A stretch of 64,000 nucleotides of DNA from Nitrosopumilaceae archaeon (GTDB taxonomy: Archaea > Thermoproteota > Nitrososphaeria > Nitrososphaerales > Nitrosopumilaceae). Shown piece after piece: positions 42,456 through 60,900 of the stretch. The stretch is from the NCBI GenBank assembly GCA_965207375.1, contig CBDBMG010000003.1, positions 320,001 to 384,000 on the forward strand. The letters are read 5' to 3'. Under the pieces are notes generated by a model. The model did not search any database. It was given only the letters and a program-made list of their open reading frames with translations, and had not been told where the DNA came from. The translations under genes and the position numbers were made by a program. Positions within the stretch are counted from its first letter, which is position 1, and each line of letters opens with the position of its first letter.

Positions 42456-42560
42456 TAAGTCTTAGGTAATTATGTCTTAGGTAATTAAGTCTTAGGTAAT
42501 TAAGTCTTAGGTAATTAAGTCTTAGGTAATTAAGTCTTAGGTAATTAAGTATTAGGTAAT
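42456..42560. repeat. 15-bp tandem repeat (TAAGTCTTAGGTAAT) x7
   Basis: Direct reading. Confidence 0.95.
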
Positions 42561-43100
42561 TAATTATTGGCTAAACTACGCACTCTAGACACACAAACTA
42601 ACCTTTAAATAAATCACCGTTTCGTAGCGATTCATTAATATGTAGGGTTTCATTTAACTCCCTGTACTTAAAAAGTGCTATTTAAACTCTAATAAATGCC
42701 TACCGGTCAAACCCGCCCAGCGTGTACACGGGAGTCGATGGGTGGTGTGGTATGCAAGCCATACAAAAGCTGTAAACAAGTACACGAGGAACGGAATTCT
42801 CCGTGTATTTTATTAATGGAGAGGATTGCCATGTGACGTCGATTGTAAAGTGGCTGGCTAATGGGCGATTAACCATAGAAGCCATGTCGCCTAAGCTTGT
42901 GGTAAGTTTATTATAATAATTATTAAATTATCTGTGGTGTGTATTACTACAGTGTATTTGTTGTTGTAGCTACTGTATGTATGTAATACTGTAGTAGTAG
43001 AGTATGTATCAATGTTCATTAATGCTGTATATACGTGTCAAATGATTGGGCCTTGTATATTCACTAATTATACTTTAGATGTAGGCTACTTGATATTTCA

Positions 43101-43348
43101 GTGTAACCGGCCTGCGATCTGAGCGCAAATTACACTTAGTTAGATAATCATAATTATAAATATCTTTAGTTGTAAAAGGAGTAGTAGGATGCTGTTAGCT
43201 CTAAAAGATGCTCCATTAAATTCTGCATTTGTGGTAGAAAATCTGTGTGGTTAGTTTAAACATACCATAAATTATGATAAGATAAAGTTGAAAAAATTAG
43301 GCAATTGTTACACGACTACATGGTTGATTTTCGCAGGCCCAGTCACAT
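43101..43348. mobile_element. MITE related to 1966-2217 and 54360-54603
   Basis: tgtaaccggcctgcga ... tcgcaggcccagtcaca imperfect TIRs. Confidence 0.6.
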
Positions 43349-43450
43349 TTTAGGACTATTGTTGTCCTGTGATTATATGTTGATATAATGACTACCCGCT
43401 TGGTGGTTGATCCGAAATGACTGTACTTGGTTTAGGGTCATCGTTGCTAG

Positions 43451-43478
43451 TAATAATAATAATAATAATAATAATAAT
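43451..43478 (+). repeat. (TAA)n tract, probable retrotransposition tail
   Basis: About 9 TAA units at the exact point where family A resumes. Confidence 0.8.
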
Positions 43479-43971
43479 AGCCCTCAATGACGTCACCAGT
43501 AAGTCACGTGAGCAGAGACTCATCACTAAGGAACACATAGCAACGCATGCGAATTTAATTCTTCTGTTTAAACCCGCTTTATACTCCAGTACTTTAGTGA
43601 TAAAACTTTTTGAAAGTAGTATAAAGTTGTTTTATGCCGAAATTCTTACTGTAACACTATAGGCCAGTCTTCTTTTATAAGCTCCGCAACCCGCACGACA
43701 CGCCCACTTATAAAACTAAAGCCCTCCGTCTTGTTAGTAATGTACAACTGGTTAAACGGCTTTTACCGTGTAATGGACGGCAAATACAGCATTACCTTGC
43801 TTTTCTTTGGAAGTAAAACACGACGCGCTACGTTACTAAGGCCCCGCCCATCAACAGTATCGATAGTAAGTGCCGTACAGAGAAACTGAAAGGCAGTAGG
43901 ACTTGTTTGGTTGGTTATTCAGACTTCCTTTCACGTGAATAGTTTTTAATAGCCCGGGGGCGGACACACAG

Positions 43972-44003
<32 letters not shown>

Positions 44004-45022
44004 GCATACCGACGTCCGCACCATATCAATGTTAAGAAACCAGGCGTGCGCCGGCCTGCGGCCGGCGCGCGCCTGAAAAATTAAAAAATTAAAAGGTTAG
44101 TAGGGATTGAATTCAATAGTGCTACAAAAAGTAAGGAAACAAGGAATAGGATTTTGGGATGAGAACATTCTGGCATGAGATAATTTATAAAAGTTTAATC
44201 CGTACTTTTGGGTCACCACTATTGAATTCAATCCCTACTTACCTTTTAATTTTTTAATTTTTTATCATTTAATATATTGAGTATAAGTTAAACTCGAAGC
44301 GAGACTTGAAGTCACTATTCCAGCATCAGTTCAATCTTTTTACATTCGGCGATTATTCCCAGCCTAATAGACACATGCCTGGCAGTATTTTAGGCATTGA
44401 TAATCATTTAGCTTTAGCTATATAGATGTAGCAATTAGCTCTAGCTATAATTTTATACCGACAGTTGCGGCATGCATGCCGGGACCTGGACCATTTATGT
44501 TTTAATAGGACCATTTATGTTTTGGCATAAGTGGTCCGGGGGACCATTTATGACAACATAAGTGGTCCGGCCGGACCAATTATGTTGAACATAAATGGTC
44601 CTCCTGGACCACTTATGGCCAGACCATTTATGTGGTGACAGGACTGTAGTTAAACAGCTTCTTCATAGGAAATATATAGGAAAACTTAACAAGCTCCATA
44701 ACTCCCCAGCACTGGCTCCAGCTGAAGTGCTGCTTATTTCATCCTCTCCAGCATTTGATGGGCTTCATGACAATTATAATTTTTTTATTCTAGCATGTTT
44801 CTACCGGAAGTTATTAAAGAAATAGCGACTGCCAGGTGAATGCGAATGTAAAAGTAGGGATTAAACTTTTATTAATTATCTCATGCCAGAATGTTTAGTG
44901 TTCTCTTGTGCCAAAATCTTATTCCTTGTTTCCTTACTTTTTGTAACTGAAAGATTTATCCCTACTCACTTTTTAAATTTTTAATATTTAGTATTATTTA
45001 CATACACAACATATTCTCTTAC

Positions 45023-53404
<8,382 letters not shown>

Positions 53405-53410
53405 TGCACT

Positions 53411-53439
53411 TGCGCGCGCTTTTTAAATAATGTCACGTG
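53411..53439 (-). promoter_or_regulatory. Candidate TOP2 proximal promoter motifs (CDE/CHR-like and E-box)
   Basis: GCGCGC-N4-TTTAAA (53412-53427) and GTCACGTG (53432-53439), immediately upstream of the ATG. Confidence 0.35.
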
Positions 53440-54359
53440 TAACTTTACATGTTGTGCGTTAGATGGAATAAAGCGGTTGTAAGCCGCCTAAGAAGGTTCA
53501 AAAGGATGTAGCATATTCGGGAATGCCATAGCTGTCACCATCGTCAGTTAAATCAGGAAGCATTTGTATAATATACATGGTACGGGAAACACACTTTCAC
53601 AGCAGTAATAGCTCGAGTAATAGTTAACCACTTGGTTTATGAATATTTTACATGCTTCGAATTATTACTAGCTACGCTGCAATTACATTCCTATAGTTCC
53701 CTCACCTCAACTTGCCCTTTTTAAAGCGCAGGCGCCCCTTCGTTAAGCGCCCATATAGATAGCTATTATTGTATGATCCAAAATAGGTGTGGGCTATTCC
53801 ACTGAACGGAAGGACTAATTGCATAGATTTATTATTATGTTTTTACAGCATAGGCATAAAGCAACAATAAACTCAAGAAAAACCATGGATGCATATAAAA
53901 AAGTAAGCCTATAGCTGAGAGCTGTTGGCAAGTTCTGCCAGCAGCTCAGAAAATTGAAACTAATTACAATAGATTAATTAAATAATTAATCTAATATACT
54001 TATAAAACAGTTTTATTTGGTTCTCTAGGCCTGCGAGAACAACTACTACAAGGGCAGTTCTAATGGAGTGAACACGTGTTATTGTCCTCAAAGAAGTTAT
54101 TCCTGCAGTTTGTATTTAATTGTGTTGACAGAGAGAGAAATATCTATAGTTGAAAGTGAGTTCCATAATCTAGGAAGTCTACAAAAGTAAAAATTATGAG
54201 TAAGATTTGTGGAAGAACCAAGTATGTTGAAGTTTGAAACCTGAACTTGATCTTAAACAAGATCAAGGGATCAACCTTTTATCAATTATCTCATGCCAGT
54301 GTTCTTGATTTATAAACCCTGGGGGGTTATAAATCTATGACTACAGTATAGTATAGATA

Positions 54360-54603
54360 TGTGACCGAGTCTGCGAAAATAGGTCTTATGTGCACAAAAT
54401 ATGCCTATTCATTTTATCATATCTATCTCTTTCTGTGTGGGTTATACAATATCTAAGTTTTATTGAGTTCCTTAGGACATTTTGTGTATATGATAAAATT
54501 TTTGATAAAGTACCATGTTAGGAAAAAGTTATTAAATTTGAAAGGCTCAAAATTAGGTCAAATTTACGTGCAGATAAGACTGGTTTTCGCAGACTCGGTC
54601 ACA
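54360..54603. mobile_element. MITE (TGTGACCGAGTCTGCGAAAA TIRs)
   Basis: Perfect 20-bp TIRs. Confidence 0.8.
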
Positions 54604-55217
54604 GATACACTCTGTACTGGGTACGGAGTCGAACCCGTTTGGTGACATCATTATATGATCATGTGAAGGATTTGTTTATAGTGGGGAACAGGAAGACAGA
54701 AATGAGAAATCTGATGAAATGAAGAACACACATGCAAGTTTGGATGCTATCAGCTGATGATAGGCAAACGGTTTTGGTGTGAACTGAAAGTAGGCACTCA
54801 CCTGCCTATGAAATGTTTAGCTAAGTGTTTGGAAATTTAATTAATACCATGTTACTCTAATCATAGATATAGTAACCGTTACGGTTACTATATCTATGCT
54901 CTAATAGAACAGGGAAGCAAGGACAGATTGATTTATATTATACAAACAATATACATACACAAGTATGCTATAAAAAGCAAACAAATTTAAAAAGTGAGTA
55001 GGGATCGATCTTTCACTGCTACAAAAAGTAAGGAAACAAGGATTTTGGCACAAGAGAACACTGGTATGAGATAATTGATAAAAGGTTGATCCCTTGATTG
55101 TAGCTACTATAGTTGGTTCGCGTTCACCGTGCGGTCGCCTTTTCTTTAATAACTTCCGATAGAAACACACCAGGATAAAAAAAATTATATCATCATGAAG
55201 CCCGTCAAATGCCCTAC

Positions 55218-55567
55218 AGCCAAAAGTAGGGATTAAAACTATCTCATGCCAGTGTTCTCTTGTGCCAAAATTACTTTTTGGTACAGTGAAAGATCGATCC
55301 CTACTCACATTTTTTAATTTTAAATTTTAGTACTTATTCACTTGTCCAAAATATTGTTGGTGACTGTTCTGTTAGAGTATATCAACATTTTGAGCCAAAA
55401 GTAGGGATTAAAACTATCTCATGCCAGTGTTCTCTTGTGCCAAAATTACTTTTTGGAACAGTGAAAGATCGATCCCTACTCACTTTTTTTAATTTTAAAT
55501 TTTAGTACTTATTCACTTGTCCAAAGTATTGTTGGTGACTGTTCTGTTAGAGTATATCAACATTTTG
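55218..55567. repeat. Head-to-tail duplication of a 175-bp unit
   Basis: 55218-55392 and 55393-55567 differ at about 3 positions. Confidence 0.92.
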
Positions 55568-56144
55568 GTCTTGTATTTATAGACCAAAATACATTACTGA
55601 TTATTATCCAAGAGAAGACTAAATACAGGTAAATTAAATTCCAATACAAATGTCTGGGTAAACTGTTTCACAGTTGTCTTGATTGAGGGGAAAGGAATAG
55701 CTACTTGAATATATTATATTACAAAAAGATAAATAAATTTTTTGATTATGACATAAATTAGAATTGTAATGATGTCACCAAAAGGGTTGGGTGTGATTCC
55801 CATCATTTAACTATAGTATTTTGTTCCGTGGAATAGTGTTCGCACCTCCAAATTGTTCAGTAGGAAAATCATTACATTTGTGTTTATACTTCAGTGCTTG
55901 TGATATCATTACTGTTAACTTTATGACAATGTATGGTAATTATTCATGATAAATCATGATGTGGAAATTTTAAGAATTGTTATACACTAGTGAAATTTCT
56001 AATAGAAAATTTCACAAGTTATGGATGGAGTAGTAGTGGACTAGTGGTTAGGAAAATATGCAACGAGGTGGTTTCAATTTAAGTATCCTTCCTATTGTTA
56101 TGTTGTGACTGCTGGGTGTAAAGTTTTGGTACATTTTATTTTTG

Positions 56145-56178
<34 letters not shown>

Positions 56179-56399
56179 GACCACGTGCAACCTGAGGTGT
56201 GATCTTTCTCATACTTGACTCATAATATCTTTTTAAAGTCAGGCATTACATGAGCACTGGCTTGTGGGTCTTTGACAGACTTCAAAGTAAACATGGAGTA
56301 GAAGTACGTATATATGTATAGACTTTTGGCAATAGTACACAATACATTCAAGGCCTGGACTCACTGTGGAAATATGAAACTATAAAGATCCCATATAAT

Positions 56400-56686
56400 A
56401 CTAGTAAATATAAAAAATTGTTAATTTCAAAAAGGAGAATAGGGATCCTGAAAAAACTACCTAAACAAGGTGAAGATAGTGAGAGTTTGTGATTTTATTT
56501 TATTTGAGATCCCTATTTTGACAATAGCTGAGAGTATGGTCAACTACATATATCATTTCAACAGTCAAAATAGGGATCTCAAATAAAATAAAATCACAAA
56601 CTCTCACTATCTTCACCTTGTTTAGGTAGTTTTTTCAGGATCCCTATTCTCCTTTTTGAAATTAACAATTTTTTATATTTACTAGT
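56400..56686. repeat. Perfect inverted repeat: 123-bp arms and a 41-bp spacer
   Basis: 56400-56522 is the reverse complement of 56564-56686. Confidence 0.95.
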
Positions 56687-56847
56687 TTCTTTAGTTTTTT
56701 CATGTCCATTGCTGGACAGTGACACCTGCATATGAAATGTATGAACAACTATCTTTTACTATTCGCGTAATAAATCTTTCTGACAGCCTCCTTTTTCTTT
56801 TCAGGGTTGCTCTCATAAGCCTCCCTAGCGGCCTCTTTACACGCATT

Positions 56848-57210
56848 AGTGTAACACTATAGGCCAGTCTTGTTTTGTAAGCTTCGCAACCCGCACGGCA
56901 CGCCCACTTTTAAAACTGAAGCGCTCCATCTTGTTAGTAATGTACAGCTGGTTAAACGGCTTTTACCACGTAATGAACAGCAAATACCGCGTAACCTTGC
57001 TCCTCTTTGGCAGTAACTCACGACGCGGTTCGTTACTAAGGCCCCTCCCATCAATAGTATTGATAGCCAGTGCCTTATAAGAAACTGAAAAGCAGGACTT
57101 GTTAAATTGGTTATTCAGGCGTCAATGGCTTTAATAGCCCGAGGGGCGGACACACACATACGCGCGCACACATACCGGCTTCCAGGACAAAAGCACGCGC
57201 AGTGGTTAAA
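56848..57210 (-). mobile_element. Family A partial copy
   Basis: Matches 43650-44075. Confidence 0.75.
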
Positions 57211-57992
57211 TACAACAATTAACACAGCACACAATAGCACTTACCTTAGAATGGATAAACCCACTGTGTTATCCTCCACCTTCAACAGTTCTGAACAATA
57301 CTCAGCTGATAACGTGGCGCTTTCTAATTAAAGTGCCTTATCTAGGAAACCTTAGTGTTATATATGACGCGGAAAATAAAGGACTTAGTTATTTTTCTAG
57401 CGATGAAAATAAAGGGTTGAAATCAATAGCTGAAATACGTTGCTCAGTTATAAAATCACTTATTACAGGCAGTATGGCGTCAATAAGATTGGTCACATAA
57501 TGTTGAGGTCGTTTTGGCACATGCACCACGGGCGTTCGTATGGCTTCTCGATCTTTATGGAGGAAGTTTTGGCTCATGTCTTCCAATCCCTTTAGAAAAC
57601 GAACTTTTTAAAATATCACAGACCTGAGTAGGGGCATTTTAAAGATACGCCAACAGTTTTTATTTCTGATTTCGACTTTGTGTGGACTGTAGATGCGCGA
57701 AAGAAGAAGAAAGAAGAAGATGGAGAAATTGGGGTATTTTCAAAAACATGAAAAATATAGATACCATATAGCTAGGCTTTTTATACTTCGGTAATAGTCT
57801 TAGGAGTATTGAAAGAGGATCTGGGCGGTTTTTTCAACAGCATAGGAAGCTTTAAAGATGGTTTTTGGCGTACGTTCTATTAGAGTGTTTACACAATTTT
57901 TCGTTGGATCCCTATTATGAACCACTACCGTGGTTCATGATATCCTTCTAGATGATGACACACATAGAAGTGCAAATTACGAAAATATATGA

Positions 57993-58060
57993 CAGCTGGA
58001 TGTTTACTGCTGTAGCCAGCTGGGTGTTTACTGCTGTAGCCAGCTGGGTGTTTACTGCTA
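57993..58060. repeat. 24-bp tandem repeat x ~2.8
   Basis: cagctgggtgtttactgctgtagc units. Confidence 0.85.
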
Positions 58061-58832
58061 TCCCAGTCTTGGTGTTGCCTGGAAACAGATGTCCTAGTCC
58101 TGCCTTGAACATGTTTATCAAATTGCTGTATAAAGATAGGGAGGACTTTACACATGAACAAATAATAGTACATGTTCTGAGCTATTTTGTAGTTAGTAAT
58201 TGTGCTGTTTTTACACACCAGTGTGTAGTTTGGTCACATAAGTCTGTAAATTTTGTTTGTCTTCACATTACTCACCCATGTTGTTACATAGTTAGCACCA
58301 AGTGTAATTGGTTGATATAGTCCCTCCACATTCCCGTGCATATTGCACACTCATGCATATATATCAACCGATCACAAAATGTGGTAGCTATACAGTAACA
58401 AAGCTATAGTGGAATGTAGCTACGCATAAAATTTTTAGTGTTGGTATGAAGCCTGGAATAAGGCAATATAATAGCACATTGGTAATACATGTGCATGTAG
58501 ATATTTACTGCTATTGCTCTTATGTGTAAGTAAGACTTCTATGTGTTCTTGGCCTGCCCACCACACTTCAATAGGACTGCTAGCTACATAGTCAACTACA
58601 TATGGCTTTGATGACCTCTTAGTATTGCTCCTGAGTACAGGAGAGGCCACAGTGTGTGTGCTTTAGTTGAAGTGTGTGAGGCTGCAGTACACTGATTTAT
58701 TGTAATCTAGAATATCAATTCAAGAGGCTCACTGCTAACCAAGACTAGTTTGTAAACACATAATGTACATATATACAACTACTGAGCTTTGTTTGTTAAT
58801 TGCTATAAGTTTTAGCTGACATGACTATATAA

Positions 58833-59560
58833 TTACGTTCTTCTGATTGATGCTACCACATAAAAATGTGAATGTCGAAGATACAAATAGATACTCTTGA
58901 TGTTGTAAATGTGTGGTAGTGTTCTCTCAATACTGGCTGGGCTAAAAACAGCCCAAGTATTGCTACCTGCATCAAAAACATACACATTAAAGTTAAACAT
59001 GTGACTAAAACACAACATTTCTACATCAGTACCCCAGGTAGCATTTCTAGTCATCCTACTATTATCAATATACTCTTGAACACTATGGACATTAAAGAGT
59101 TCTAAGAAATTAGCATGGCCAGTGCTGTCACGCCCAATTAATAAATTTTCAATAGACAACATGTAGCTTAATATGGCCTCACGTATTTCCATATGCTGAG
59201 CTTCAGTGCCTGTTGTGACATATGACAATGCACGGAAGTAACAATTACCATCTGGCTGAACATTTCTTAAAGAACGGAGGTCAGGTCTGGTTAATACAGT
59301 ATCTGGGCCACCAGGTTGAAATTCAGCTGAACGGACAAATCTTATACCTAACCTAGTACAGGCCTGTCGTTGCCACCTTTCATCAGTTTGGTAATAACGG
59401 TATTCTGGCCATACAGTTCTGTTGGGACCAATGACATTGACTGTGTCTGTGATTATACAATCATCATTGTGTTTGGGTTTTTTAATTGGCTGGTTTACTA
59501 CATTACGTTTTCTTTTTATCCTTTGAGTTGAATAGGTGCTTCCTGTATTCTGGAGTATTG
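58833..59560 (-). CDS. C-terminal OTU-like cysteine protease domain of the Rep/Hel polyprotein
   Basis: Open frame upstream of track ORF 58833..59228 gives [10 protein letters not shown]...[15 protein letters not shown]; also WGTDVE and HF: a full OTU Asp/Cys/His pattern. Confidence 0.8.
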
Positions 59561-60900
59561 GTTTTTTTTACGTTCTTCCTTTTATATTGTGCAGGCTTGG
59601 CTACTGGATTAGGATATCTAGCTGGTGGGCCATCATAGGGTGGTGACCTTATAACATCAACAGAGTCACACCATTTCAATAGCTGTTTATAGTAAGGGGC
59701 AATCTTAATGGCAGAAGGGGTATAAGTCCACAGTGTAAGATTATGTAATGTACGTACACGACTCAAAGCTACATATGCTTGGCCAGATGCAAAAAAATTT
59801 TGGTTCAATGTTACAATGGCTTTATCTACAGTAAGGCCTTGTACCCTGTGTACTGTTACAGCATAGGCTAGCTGTACTGGGAATTGAGAACGTAGAATAG
59901 AATAAGAAGCACCTTTGATATCAATTTTTGTTTAGTTCTTGGGATAGGATATTTTTCTTTAGGTGACCCAATTTTGCATACCAAAATACAATTGGGTGTC
60001 ATTGCAAGAACTTCACACATTGCTCCATTCACCCACCCCTCAGAAATATGTAAGTTACGTCTTAATACTATGCAACAGCCTTCCTTTAGAATTAGTTTAT
60101 CAGGTAGTCGTATAGTATTTTTGTTAAGCCTTAGCTTGTCAGCTTCTCTAAGGGGTTGTCCATTTGTGTCTGTGTCTATAGCCACATATTCCTGAACTGT
60201 ACCACAAATATAATTCAGACACTCTGCATTGATTTGATCCACTTCTTTACGTCTGGAACAGATAATTACAGTACGACATAAATCTACTGAAGCAATGTCG
60301 ACAGATCTGAGTCTACCCTTCAGTACAGAAGCAACTTCATCATCTACTATACCCTCTCTTATTTTCAATAGTGTGGCACTCAAGGTTGGATCCTTAGCTC
60401 TAACAGGTTCCTTTAGTTGCATAACACTAAAAGAACTTAACCATATTTTTGTGTTAAATATGTCAGTATTTGATACAGGTGGCAGTTGAGCAGGATCACC
60501 AAACAATAATACATGGCGACCACCCCATGGCTTGTATCGATTGTCTTTAGAAGAGAATCTTCGACAAAGATGCTCAATGGTAATAAAAAGGCTACAATCT
60601 ATCATGCTTAGTTCATCAATAATTAATACATCTGTCTTTTTTACAAGGGATGAATCAACAGTGCCATTTTCTAATGAACTTTTGCCATATATATCGATTT
60701 TAAAAAAAATTATGGATCGTGGTCCCTTTTATTAGAGATGCTGCGACACCACTAGGTGCTAGTTTCGTAACCACCAAATTGCATTGTCTCAGGTATTCTA
60801 CCATGGCACCCATCACAAAAGACTTACCACATCCTGCAGCACCAACTAGTGCAACTAGTATCTGAGAGGTATTTTGTTCTACTGAATTTTTTAACCAATC
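59560..60900 (-). CDS. PIF1-family SF1B helicase domain (frameshifted)
   Basis: [73 protein letters not shown]. Confidence 0.92.

Noticed and set aside
42456-42560. TTAGG-containing array as telomeric repeat or CRISPR
   Set aside because: The unit is 15 bp, not (TTAGGG)n, and has no spacers.
53460-54200. Divergent plus-strand gene sharing the TOP2 promoter
   Set aside because: There is an acceptor-like site at ~54029, but no recognisable protein or consistent exon chain.
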